A stretch of DNA of 64,000 bases from Byssovorax sp. Lineage in GTDB: Bacteria > Myxococcota_A > Polyangia > Polyangiales > Polyangiaceae. Both the position numbers and the translations under genes were made by a program. The first letter of the stretch is position 1, and the number at the start of each line of letters is the position of its first letter. The notes below the pieces were generated by a model. It had not been told where the DNA came from. It ran no database searches and was given only the letters and a program-made list of their open reading frames with translations. The stretch is taken from contig JBDTXR010000002.1 in NCBI GenBank assembly GCA_040006075.1, positions 1,556 through 65,555 of the forward strand, written 5' to 3'. Of this stretch, positions 24,773 to 33,876 are shown one piece after another.

Positions 24773-26848
24773 GTGAGCGAGCTCGAGCCGGGGTCGATAT
24801 TCGGGCGGGATTTCCGGATCGTGAAGGCTCTTCGCGCCGGCGGCATGGGCGCGGTCTACGTCGCGTTCCAGATCAGCACCGGCAAGGAGCGCGCGCTCAA
24901 GGTCATGGCGCCCGAGCTGGCGTCGGATCCGGCGACGCGCGAGCGCTTCGTCCTGGAAGCGCAGGCCGCCGGGCGGATCGAGAGCGATCACGTGGTGGAG
25001 ATCGTCACCGCCGGCGTCGACGAGGCCAGCGGCGCTCCGTACATCGTGATGGAGCTGCTCAAGGGCGAGGAGCTCGGCGACTACATCGAGCGCGTCCACC
25101 TCTTGCCGCTCGGCGACGTGGCCGAGATCCTCCAGCAAATCGGGCACGCGCTCGAGCAGGCGCACCACCAGGGGCTCGTCCACCGCGACCTCAAGCTCGA
25201 GAACATTTTCCTCTGCGCCTCGCGCCGCCGCGACGTGGCCTTCACGGCGAAAGTGCTCGATTTCGGCATCGCCAAGCTCGTCGCCGAGAACCACCAAACC
25301 GGGACCCAGCCGCTCGGAACCCCGCTGTTCATGGCGCCCGAGCAGACCGATCGCCGCGGCCGGATCTGCCCCGCGACCGACGTGTGGGCGCTCGGCCTGA
25401 TCGCGTTCCGGCTGCTCACCGGCCAGTATTTCTGGATCGACGTCGAGACGATCACGATGTTGCTCCGGCAGATCTGCATCGATCCGATCCCCTTCGCCGG
25501 CGAGCGCGCGCGCGAGCTCGGGGTCACGGCGACGCTCCCGCCCGGCTTCGACGCCTGGTTCGCGCGCTGCGTGAGCCGCGACATCGACGCTCGCTTTCAG
25601 GACGCCGGCGAGGCCGTGCGCGCCTTCGCCGAGCTGGTGACGGAGGGCGCGCCGCGCGGCGTGCTGGTGATCGGCGGCGGCGCGACCCGGGCCTCGACCG
25701 GCGGCTCGTCCTCGAGCGGAGTCGTGGCCGCGTCGGGGCCGCTGGCCGACGCCGCGACCGCGCCCGTGCCGCTCGCGCTCGCGGCGACGGGCGCGGTGGC
25801 CGGCGCCTCCACTGTCGCGGTGACCGGCGCGCCGCTCGTGGCGCGCACCGGCAGCGAGAGCGCGGCGCTCGCGAAGGCGGGTGGCTCCTCGAAGGGATGG
25901 ATCCTCGGCGTCGTGGCGGCGGTCCTCGGCATCGGCGCCGTGGCGGTAACCCTCGGCCGCGGCCACGACGATCCGGGCAAGCCCGCGATGACGACCACGC
26001 CGACGAGCGCGAGCAGCTCGGCGGTCGCGCCGCCCCCCGCCGTGGCGAAGACCACCTGTCCCGAGGGCAGCGTGCTCATCCCCGGAGGATCGATGTTCAT
26101 GGGCGCGCGCGATCTCAACGACGACGCCAAGCCTCCTCACGAGGTCACGATCACCGGCTTCTGCCTCGATCGCACCGAGGTGACCACCCGCGCCTACGGC
26201 TCCTGCGTCGAGAAGGGCAGGTGCGAGCGCGCGCTGGAGCAGGTGAGCTGGCCCGGCGTCAGCCCCGACGCGAAGAAGCGCTACAGCCCCTTTTGCAACG
26301 CGGGTAAGCCGGATCGAGCTGAGCACCCCGTCAACTGCGTGGCCTGGCCCATGGCCGACAACTACTGCAAGAAGATCGGTCGCCGCCTCCCCACCGAGGC
26401 CGAGTGGGAGTACGCCGCGCGCGGCTCGAACCAGCGTAAATTCCCCTGGGGCGACGAGCCGCCCAGCGCCAGGCTCCTCAATGCCTGTGGCAAGGAGTGC
26501 GCGCTCTGGGGCGACAAGCACGCTGAGAAGCACTCGACCATGTACGACGAGGACGACGGCTTCTCGGCCACCGCGCCGGTCGGCTCGTTCCCCGCGGGCG
26601 CCGCGGCGCACGGCGTGATGGACCTCGCCGGCAACGTGTGGGAGTGGACGGCCGACTACTACGCTCCGTACTCGGACGAAAAGCAGCAAGATCCCAAGGG
26701 GCCCGCGACCGGCGACAAGCGCGTCGTCCGCGGCGGGGATTACTTTGCGTTCCACGCCGACTGGGCCCGTCCCGCCTACCGGTGGAAGACCGAGCCCGAG
26801 AGCTACAATCACGCCATCGGGTTTCGCTGCGCCGCCGATCCCGGCTGA
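24773..26848 (+). CDS. Ser/Thr protein kinase fused through a TM helix to a formylglycine-generating-enzyme (FGE/SUMF1-type) domain
   Basis: GTG 24773 lies 5 nt after GGGAGGA, inside ORF 23711..26848. Kinase motifs are GGMGAVYVA, HRDLKLENIFL, DFGIAK and FMAPEQ. The TM helix is WILGVVAAVLGIGAVAV. FGE motifs are PVNCVAW, RLPTEAEWEYAARG, GNVWEWT and RVVRGG. Confidence 0.85.
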   Translation: MSELEPGSIFGRDFRIVKALRAGGMGAVYVAFQISTGKERALKVMAPELASDPATRERFVLEAQAAGRIESDHVVEIVTAGVDEASGAPYIVMELLKGEELGDYIERVHLLPLGDVAEILQQIGHALEQAHHQGLVHRDLKLENIFLCASRRRDVAFTAKVLDFGIAKLVAENHQTGTQPLGTPLFMAPEQTDRRGRICPATDVWALGLIAFRLLTGQYFWIDVETITMLLRQICIDPIPFAGERARELGVTATLPPGFDAWFARCVSRDIDARFQDAGEAVRAFAELVTEGAPRGVLVIGGGATRASTGGSSSSGVVAASGPLADAATAPVPLALAATGAVAGASTVAVTGAPLVARTGSESAALAKAGGSSKGWILGVVAAVLGIGAVAVTLGRGHDDPGKPAMTTTPTSASSSAVAPPPAVAKTTCPEGSVLIPGGSMFMGARDLNDDAKPPHEVTITGFCLDRTEVTTRAYGSCVEKGRCERALEQVSWPGVSPDAKKRYSPFCNAGKPDRAEHPVNCVAWPMADNYCKKIGRRLPTEAEWEYAARGSNQRKFPWGDEPPSARLLNACGKECALWGDKHAEKHSTMYDEDDGFSATAPVGSFPAGAAAHGVMDLAGNVWEWTADYYAPYSDEKQQDPKGPATGDKRVVRGGDYFAFHADWARPAYRWKTEPESYNHAIGFRCAADPG

Positions 26849-26862
26849 GCGGTTTCGCTCCT

Positions 26863-27777
26863 TCAGCCCCGCTTGCGCTTCGTCGATCGCGGCAGGCGGG
26901 GCACCAGCTCGAAGAAGGCCTTCACCGCGCGGAGACGCCTCCGCTCTTCCAGGCAGGCCACGTACTCGATGTGCTCGATCGTCGCGTCGAGCAGAGGCAG
27001 CGCCACCACGCGATCATCGTGGCCGCGCTCGGCGGCGATGACGACGCCGAGGCCGATGCCCGCCGCGACGGCCTCGTGCACGGCCTCGCGGCTGCCGAGC
27101 TCCATCACCACCTCGGGCTTCACCGAGGCGCGATCGAGCGCGGCCTCGATCGCGCGCCGGGTCACGCTGCCCTCCTCGCGCATCACCATCGGCGCGCCGT
27201 GGAGATCGCGGAGGCGGACGCCGCGACGCGCGGCCCACGGGTGGGCGCTCGCCACGATCACCACCTGCGCGCTCTTCGCCGCGGGCACCGCGAAGAGGCG
27301 GGGATCCTCGACGCGATCCGAGAACGCCGCGACGTCGGTGCGGCCGTCGAGCAGATCGCGCAGCACGGTGGCGGAGTTGCCGAGCGCGAGCGAGAGCGCC
27401 ACCTGCGGGTGCTCGCGCCGGAACGCCGCGAGCACGGGGACGACCAGGAACGGCCCGTCGGCGCCCACGCGCAGGCGCCCGCGGAGCAGCGCCGTCGCCC
27501 GCGAGAGCAGCTCGGCGGCCGCGGCCTCGAGCGAGAACATCGGCAGCGTCGTGTCGAGGAGCGCGCGGCCGAGCTCGGTCGCCTCGACCCCGGGGCGGCC
27601 GCGCGTGAGCAGCTCGACGCCGTAGGCCTCCTCGAGCGCGCGCACGTGCATGCTCACCGCGGGCTGGCTCACCCCGAGCGTGTGCGCGGCCTCGGTGAAG
27701 CTCCGGGCCACCGCGACGGCGTGGAAGGCGCGGAGCTGAGCGTGCGTCGGCGCGGGCGGGAGGGCGTGGCTCGTCAT
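26863..27777 (-). CDS. LysR-family transcriptional regulator
   Basis: N-terminal HTH LRAFHAVAVARSFTEAAHTLGVSQPAVSMHVRALEEAYGVELL plus a LysR substrate-binding-type C-terminus. Divergent from phnX. Confidence 0.85.
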   Translation of the reverse strand: MTSHALPPAPTHAQLRAFHAVAVARSFTEAAHTLGVSQPAVSMHVRALEEAYGVELLTRGRPGVEATELGRALLDTTLPMFSLEAAAAELLSRATALLRGRLRVGADGPFLVVPVLAAFRREHPQVALSLALGNSATVLRDLLDGRTDVAAFSDRVEDPRLFAVPAAKSAQVVIVASAHPWAARRGVRLRDLHGAPMVMREEGSVTRRAIEAALDRASVKPEVVMELGSREAVHEAVAAGIGLGVVIAAERGHDDRVVALPLLDATIEHIEYVACLEERRRLRAVKAFFELVPRLPRSTKRKRG

Positions 27778-27848
27778 CAGCCCAGCTTATAGCGGGCGTC
27801 AGAACAACTGCCTGGAACTATGCCGTGGCGCGCATCAGAGTGCCGCGC

Positions 27849-28655
27849 ATGACGGTACGCATCGAGGCGATCCTCTTCGACTGGGCGGGTACGACGGTCG
27901 ATCACGGGTGCATGGCCCCGATCGCGGCCTTCCTGGAGGTGTTCCGTCGCCGCGGGGTCGTCGTCTCCGCCGCGGACGCGCGCGGGCCGATGGGGACGCA
28001 CAAGCGAACGCACATCCAGACGCTCTGCGCGCTGCCCGGCGTCGCCGAGCAGTGGCGCGCGCGCTTCGGGCGCGCGCCCTCCGCCGCCGACGTCGACGCC
28101 ATGTTCGCCGAGTTCATCCCGCTCCAGCTCGCGGTGCTGCCCGATCACGCCGAGCCGATCGCCGGCTGCGTCGAGGTCGTCGCCGGCCTGCGCGCGCGGG
28201 GAATTCGCATCGGATCGACCACCGGCTTCACCCGCGCGATGATGGATGTGCTCGCGCCCGAGGCGGCGAAGCGCGGCTTCTCGCCCGACGTGATCGTGAC
28301 GGCCGACGAGGTCCGCCACGCGCGCCCGTGGCCGGACATGTGCCTCCGCAATGTGATGGAGCTCGGCGTCTCGGCCGTCGACGCGTGCGTGAAGGTCGAC
28401 GACACCGTGGCCGGGATCGAAGAGGGCTTGCGCGCCGGGATGTGGACGGTCGGCGTGGTGATGACCGGCAACGAGGTCGGCTGCACCGCGGCCGATCTCG
28501 CGGCGATGAGCCCCGCCTCCCGCGCGCGCCTCCGCGCCGCCGGGTACGCGCGATTGCGCGCGGCGGGCGCTCACGCGGTCATCGACGGGATCGCCGATCT
28601 GCCCGCGGTGATCGCCTCGTTCGAGGCGCGGCTCAGCGCCCCGCACGCCGCCTGA
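27849..28655 (+). CDS. phnX: phosphonoacetaldehyde hydrolase (phosphonatase, HAD superfamily)
   Basis: Part of ORF 27825..28655. ATG 27849 gives MTVRIEAILFDWAGTTVDHGCMAPIAAFLEVF...ARGPMGTHKRTHI, which closely matches the PhnX N-terminal signature as I remember it. The HAD motif VKVDDTVAGIEEG is also present. Confidence 0.75.
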   Translation: MTVRIEAILFDWAGTTVDHGCMAPIAAFLEVFRRRGVVVSAADARGPMGTHKRTHIQTLCALPGVAEQWRARFGRAPSAADVDAMFAEFIPLQLAVLPDHAEPIAGCVEVVAGLRARGIRIGSTTGFTRAMMDVLAPEAAKRGFSPDVIVTADEVRHARPWPDMCLRNVMELGVSAVDACVKVDDTVAGIEEGLRAGMWTVGVVMTGNEVGCTAADLAAMSPASRARLRAAGYARLRAAGAHAVIDGIADLPAVIASFEARLSAPHAA

Positions 28656-29873
28656 TCAGCGCTCCGCCTGGGCGCCCAGGAAGCGCGTGACCTCCTCGAT
28701 CAGCGCGGGCGCGAGATCGTGGCCGATGTCTTCGGGCTTGATTTGCCGAGGATCCGGCTGCGTGATCCGGTTCAACGCGTGGGTCATGCCGTCGAGGATC
28801 CGCACCCGGTGCGACGCGCGCGGCGAGCCGTCGAGCCAGCGCGCCCAGGCTTCGATCTCCGAGGGCGCGACGTTGTAATCGTAGCTCCCGCCCAGCACGA
28901 GCAGCGGGCGATCGAGGTCGCGCGCCAGCGCGGGCGCGGCCTTGGCGAGATCGATCCACGAGGCCCACATCGCGGGCGGCTGGCCGAGGATCGGATCGCC
29001 GAGGTGGGTGCCCGCCTCGATCTGCCCGAGCGCGTGCGCGGCGTCGTGGAGCTGCTTTCCATCGGCAAAGGCGCGCTCGATCTGGCCCGCGAGGGTGAAC
29101 GACCAGCGCACCCGCTCGCTCTGCTGCTCGAGGACCACGCTCATGGTGTGGAACGGCGGCGCGAGCAGCACGCCCGCGCGCACCGCGGGCCGCTCGGTCA
29201 GCAGCACCGGCACGAGCTGTCCGCCTTCGCTGTGGCCGACGAAGAACGTGCGCGCGGGATCGATGGCCGGATGCGCGAGCACGGCGTCGAGCGCGGCCTC
29301 GGCGTCGCCCACGTACTCCGAGGTGGAGAAGGCCTCGGCGAGCATGCTGTACGGGATCGAGCTCGGCCCGTTGTCGGCGCAGTCGTTGAAGGCGCCGCAG
29401 GTGCGCTTGTCGTAGCGATAGACCGCGAATCCATGGCTCGCGAGCGCCGCGGCGAGGCGCTGGTACACCGGCAGCTCGAAGCCGAAACCAAGGCCAATCT
29501 GGCCGCGCATCACCCCTTCGCGCGACATTGGCCCGCTGCCGTGGACGATGACCACCACCGGCACGCGCGCCCCGGCGTCGCGCGCGGGCAGCGTCAGCGT
29601 GCCTTGCAGGTGCCAGAGGCCGCGATCGAAGGCGAGCGGGACGTCTTGCTGCGCGAGGCGCGCGCGGGGCGGGGCGAGCTCGTGGGGAGGCGGAGCGGGC
29701 CGCGGAGGCGGCGTCGGGACGATCGCGTGAGGCGCGCAGCCCGCCAGGGCGACGAGCACGACGGCGAAGCGCTGGGCGACGAGGCTCAAGGAGTCAGTAT
29801 GCCTGCTCAGCGCGGCTACCGGATCGCTGTCGCGCGCGGGATTCAGATTGCGCACGACGACGTCGATCTCCAT
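28656..29873 (-). CDS. alpha/beta hydrolase lipoprotein
   Basis: Lipobox is VVLVALAGC. Also VVVIVHGSGPMSREG and the nucleophile elbow FFVGHSEGG. The start is uncertain. ATG 29873 leaves only 17 bp to the divergent gene. TTG 29789 would give a cleaner signal peptide, MSLVAQRFAVVLVALAGC. Confidence 0.7.
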   Translation of the reverse strand: MEIDVVVRNLNPARDSDPVAALSRHTDSLSLVAQRFAVVLVALAGCAPHAIVPTPPPRPAPPPHELAPPRARLAQQDVPLAFDRGLWHLQGTLTLPARDAGARVPVVVIVHGSGPMSREGVMRGQIGLGFGFELPVYQRLAAALASHGFAVYRYDKRTCGAFNDCADNGPSSIPYSMLAEAFSTSEYVGDAEAALDAVLAHPAIDPARTFFVGHSEGGQLVPVLLTERPAVRAGVLLAPPFHTMSVVLEQQSERVRWSFTLAGQIERAFADGKQLHDAAHALGQIEAGTHLGDPILGQPPAMWASWIDLAKAAPALARDLDRPLLVLGGSYDYNVAPSEIEAWARWLDGSPRASHRVRILDGMTHALNRITQPDPRQIKPEDIGHDLAPALIEEVTRFLGAQAER

Positions 29874-29890
29874 CGTGGTACTCTCGCGGT

Positions 29891-30523
29891 ATGAGCCAGA
29901 ACGCCGTCGCTGAAGCCTGGGCAGACCGGTTCGTCTCGCTGGAAGAGTGGGCGGCGCTGGACGAGGACGAGCCGGGCGAGGTCGTGGATGGGCGACTCGT
30001 CGAGGAGGAGATCGTGGGGTATGCGCACGAGGTCATCGTCGGCTGGCTCATCCACGTGCTGCGGACGTGGATCATTCCCCGAGGCGGCTTCGTCGGCGGC
30101 TCGGACGCGAGGTTCGCCGTGCGGCCGACGCGAGGACGGAAGCCGGATATCACGGTCTATCTCCCCGGTGGCCGGAAGCCTCCCGCGCAAGGTCTGATCC
30201 GCGTGCCGCCGTACCTCGCGATCGAGGTCGTCTCTCCCACTCCGCGTGACGGTCGGCGCGACCGTGTCGACAAGGTGAAAGAATATGCGGCGTTCGGCGT
30301 CAAGTGGTACTGGATCGTCGATCCCCAGTTCCGCAGCCTGGAGATCTTCGAGCTCGGCGCCGATGGACGCTATGCGCACGCCCTCGCGGTGACCGAGGGT
30401 AGGCTCGACAGCGTGCCAGGATGCGATGGTCTGGCGCTCGACGTCGGTGCGCTGTGGAGCGAGCTTGATCGGCTCATGGATGACAACGGCGACAGCGCCG
30501 ATGCGGAAGACTCCGAAGAGTAG
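29891..30523 (+). CDS. Uma2-family (DUF820) restriction-endonuclease-like protein
   Basis: The pattern ...GSDARFAV....RKPDITVYL.......PPYLAIEVVSPTPRD.DRV.K...YA.FGVKWYWIVDP is the Uma2 PD-(D/E)XK-type signature. Confidence 0.75.
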   Translation: MSQNAVAEAWADRFVSLEEWAALDEDEPGEVVDGRLVEEEIVGYAHEVIVGWLIHVLRTWIIPRGGFVGGSDARFAVRPTRGRKPDITVYLPGGRKPPAQGLIRVPPYLAIEVVSPTPRDGRRDRVDKVKEYAAFGVKWYWIVDPQFRSLEIFELGADGRYAHALAVTEGRLDSVPGCDGLALDVGALWSELDRLMDDNGDSADAEDSEE

Positions 30524-30548
30524 CTACCACGCTCCGCCGGCCTGCCAA

Positions 30549-33500
30549 TCAGAACAGGCCAATCGAGAAGTGGAACGCTCCGAAATCCTCCCACTGGCGT
30601 CGGTTCAGGTTGATGCCGTAATCGAGGGCGATCGGCCCGATCGGCGTCGCGATCCGGATCCCCGCCCCGCCGGCGTAGCGCAGCACCAGCACGTTCACGG
30701 TGCCGGTGCCGGTCCAGACGTTGCCCGCGTCGACGAAGACGCCGGCCTGGAAGGTCTCGGTGATCGGGATCCGCAGCTCGGCGCGCGGGTTGACCATCAC
30801 GTCGCCGCCGCGGACCTGGACATCGCAGATCGAGAGTGGGCGATTGGGGGTGGCCACGAACCCCGGCTCGGTGCAGCGCGCCGGATCACCGTCGACGATG
30901 CGATTGGCCACGTCTTGCGGGACGACCGAGTCGGCGAGGAACGAGCGGATGGAGTCGACGCCGCCGAGGAAGAACGCGCGATCGGGGTAGGTCTTGCTGA
31001 CGTGCTCCGGGCTGATGTAGAGCTGGAGGTTGTAGCCGGCGGCCACGCTCATCGCGAGGACCAGCTTGCGCGGGAGGCTGATGTAGGCCGCGACGCGCCC
31101 CGTGAAGCGGAGGAAATGGCTGAAGACCGTCGCCTGGTTGTCGTCGACCAGGAGCGGGAACGCATTGACGTGCTCCACGCTGGTGGAGAAGAGTCCGCCG
31201 CGGGTGGCGTTGAAGGGGTTGTCGCGGAGATCCAGGGTGAAATTGGCGCGCTGCGAGAGCGCGAGGGTGGTGCCCTCGGGCGCGCGGAGGGACAGGAGCG
31301 TGCCAGTCTGCACGGCAGTCTGCGAGGCCGGGTTGAAGATCTTCACCGAGTTGCGCTCGGCCGACACGCTGAATTGCGTCGTGAGCCCGCGGAAGGGCCG
31401 GTAGGACAGCGTGGGGACGACCGCGTCTTTCGTGAGGCCGAAGTCGCGCTGGTTGTGGCGGACGTCGATGCCCTCGATCGCCAGGCCGAACGCCGGCGGG
31501 AGGCCGATCTCGGGGAAGGTGAGGGAGATGGTGTTGCGTCGCTCCAGGCGGTCGAGGATCGGCAGCGGCGTGCACACGGTGCAGCCCACCACGGGATCGA
31601 TCCCGAAGTTCTGCCGCACCGCCTCGTCGAGGATCAGGAAGTCGGGCACGTAGCCGAGCTGGAGGTGGAGGCCGAAGGTGATCGCCAGCCCGCCGATGTT
31701 GCGGCCCTCGAGGTCGACGCCGAAGCGCACGCCCTCGCCGGTGGAGAAGCCGAGGTGGGCGCCGAGCGAGAAGGTGCCCGACTCGGCCACGGTGACCACC
31801 ACGCGCTTGCGCTTCTGCGGGACCTCGGGATCTTCGAGGGCCACCGAGACGCTGGCGAAGACCCCGAGCGTGGCCAGGCGCTCCTCGCTCTGGCGCACCA
31901 GATCTTGCTGGTAGTAGCCGTTGCGACGGAGCAGGAGGCGCCGCAAAATCACGCTGGTCACCGTGTGCTTGTTGCCCTTGATCACGAAGCCGGAGACCAC
32001 GACGCGATCGCGCTCGGTGACGGTGAAGCGCACCCGGGCGCGGGTCCGATCCGGCGAGGGCTCGAGCGCGGCGCGGACGTCGGCGTAGGCGTAGCCGCGG
32101 AGGCGGTACTCGTCGAGCACGCGGATCCGCGCCGCCTCGAGGTCGACGTTGGAGAGCGGATCGCCGAGCGGGAGCGCGGCGATCTTGCCGAGGTCGTGCT
32201 CGGTGAGCGAGCGGTTCCCCTCGAAGGCCAGATCGTAGAGCGTCATCTGCGGGCCGAGGGCGATGGGGATCCGCAGGGTGATCTCCGGCGAGCACTCGAC
32301 GTTGTGCGCGGGATCGGGCCGGCAGGTGAAGGCGTCGGCGACGGCGGGCTCGGGGAGCGGGAGCCCGAGCGAGTCCTTCAGGCAGCGCGCGCGGAGGCCC
32401 GCGGGCGCGGGCTCGGGGAGGCACAGGCCGGCCGGGGACGAGCCCTTGCACGTCGCGCGCAGCGGCGTGATCGGCCCGATCACCGCGTTGAGGTAGCCCT
32501 TGCTGTGGTAGAGGTCGCGCAGGTGCTTGAGCGCGCGCTCGTAGGTCTCGGGAGCGTAGGTCACCAGGGGGTTGAGATCGGCCGGTAGGCCGCGGCCGCC
32601 GGTGCCGACCGTGGGGCCGAAGATCCGCGCGATCGCCCGCGGATCGCCCGAGGAGAACGTCGCCGAGCCGGGGAGCTCCTCGTCGAGGAAGCTGTCGATT
32701 TCACTGCCCACGTCGTCGGGCAGGACCTCCTTGCCGAGGCACGGGTACACGCGCCTGATCACCCGCACCTGGCGGTTCTCGCGCACGGTGAAGACCAGGT
32801 AGTGCACGGGATCGGTCGGAGCGCCGCGCTCGACACCGACGACCTCGGCGTCGAAGAAGCCGCGCGCCACGTAGAAGGCGCGGAGGCGATCGGTGAGCTC
32901 GGCGAGGCGGCCGTCGGGCTGCTTTTCCAGGTCCAGCGCCTCGGTGAGCTGGTCGCCGTCGAAGGCCCGGTTGCCGTCGAACGCCGGGACGAGCCGCGGC
33001 CCGGCGTCGACGTGGATCTCGAGCGAGCTGTTGACGCCGACGCGGACCACGTTGTGGTGGATCTCGGCGCGGAGGAAGCCTTTTTGCCGCAGCAGCTCGC
33101 CGAGCTCGCGATCGGCGTCGGCCAGCGTGGGCTCGTCGAGGCGCGCGCCGGGCGTGATCCGGTACTTCGATTTGAGATCGCCGACCTCGCGATCGACGCG
33201 AGGATCGATGACGAAGATCCGCTGCGCCAGCGTCTGCGGCAGGCCGGGGGTGATCTGGATCGCGAGCACCACGCTCGTGGGATCGTCGGTGTCGGTGGTG
33301 TCGGCGGTGGCGTCGGCGAAGGGGAAGCCGTGCTGATCGTAGTAGCGGCGGATCCGCGCGCGGATCAGGCCGAGCAGCGGCGCGGTGATCTCGCCGCCGT
33401 CGCTGACCTCGGCGGCCTCGAGCGTGGCGGCGGTGTCGAGCGCGCCGCCGTTGAGCTGGATCCGCGCGATCAGGCGGCGCGGGAGCACGTGGACGCGGAG

Positions 33501-33869
33501 CGCGGCGCCGTCGCCCTCGGCGAAGGCCTCGACGTTGGCGCGGGCGATCTGCCCGCCGGCGAGGACCTCGCGCATCGCGCGGCGCGCGACCTCGGTGCTG
33601 AGCGGCTCGCCCAGGCGCACGCTCTGGATCGCCGGCGGCGTCGTCCAGCGGCCGCCGGTGACCACGACCTCGACGCGGCGGATCGGCTTGCCCACCAGGG
33701 CGCGAGCCGGCGGCTCGGTCAGCTCGGGTACCGCGCCGCCGAGCGAGGGCTCCTCGGGCGCGGCGATGGCGCGGTCGCCCGGCGAGCCGTCGGCGCGCGC
33801 TCGCGCCGGCGCCGCGAGCAGCGACACGGCGAGGCTCAGGGCCGTCAGCGCAGCGCGAAGAGACACCAT
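30549..33869 (-). CDS. Omp85-family outer-membrane protein (BamA/TamA-like) with multiple POTRA-like repeats, 1106 aa
   Basis: Signal peptide MVSLRAALTALSLAVSLLAAPARA. Repeated POTRA-like segments. C-terminal beta-barrel ending ...YAGGAGIRIATPIGPIALDYGINLN....FHFSIGLF (terminal Phe). Confidence 0.85.
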   Translation of the reverse strand: MVSLRAALTALSLAVSLLAAPARARADGSPGDRAIAAPEEPSLGGAVPELTEPPARALVGKPIRRVEVVVTGGRWTTPPAIQSVRLGEPLSTEVARRAMREVLAGGQIARANVEAFAEGDGAALRVHVLPRRLIARIQLNGGALDTAATLEAAEVSDGGEITAPLLGLIRARIRRYYDQHGFPFADATADTTDTDDPTSVVLAIQITPGLPQTLAQRIFVIDPRVDREVGDLKSKYRITPGARLDEPTLADADRELGELLRQKGFLRAEIHHNVVRVGVNSSLEIHVDAGPRLVPAFDGNRAFDGDQLTEALDLEKQPDGRLAELTDRLRAFYVARGFFDAEVVGVERGAPTDPVHYLVFTVRENRQVRVIRRVYPCLGKEVLPDDVGSEIDSFLDEELPGSATFSSGDPRAIARIFGPTVGTGGRGLPADLNPLVTYAPETYERALKHLRDLYHSKGYLNAVIGPITPLRATCKGSSPAGLCLPEPAPAGLRARCLKDSLGLPLPEPAVADAFTCRPDPAHNVECSPEITLRIPIALGPQMTLYDLAFEGNRSLTEHDLGKIAALPLGDPLSNVDLEAARIRVLDEYRLRGYAYADVRAALEPSPDRTRARVRFTVTERDRVVVSGFVIKGNKHTVTSVILRRLLLRRNGYYQQDLVRQSEERLATLGVFASVSVALEDPEVPQKRKRVVVTVAESGTFSLGAHLGFSTGEGVRFGVDLEGRNIGGLAITFGLHLQLGYVPDFLILDEAVRQNFGIDPVVGCTVCTPLPILDRLERRNTISLTFPEIGLPPAFGLAIEGIDVRHNQRDFGLTKDAVVPTLSYRPFRGLTTQFSVSAERNSVKIFNPASQTAVQTGTLLSLRAPEGTTLALSQRANFTLDLRDNPFNATRGGLFSTSVEHVNAFPLLVDDNQATVFSHFLRFTGRVAAYISLPRKLVLAMSVAAGYNLQLYISPEHVSKTYPDRAFFLGGVDSIRSFLADSVVPQDVANRIVDGDPARCTEPGFVATPNRPLSICDVQVRGGDVMVNPRAELRIPITETFQAGVFVDAGNVWTGTGTVNVLVLRYAGGAGIRIATPIGPIALDYGINLNRRQWEDFGAFHFSIGLF

Positions 33870-33876
33870 TTCGCGG

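Noticed and set aside
24773-26848. Ser/Thr kinase fused to an FGE/SUMF1 domain, as a possible novelty.
   Set aside because: To my knowledge this architecture is common in myxobacteria and planctomycetes and is routinely annotated, so I report it as a feature only.
27778-27848. Search for a LysR T-N11-A box between the LysR gene and phnX.
   Set aside because: Several T-N11-A matches are trivially possible in 71 bp. I saw no convincing dyad and cannot support a specific site.
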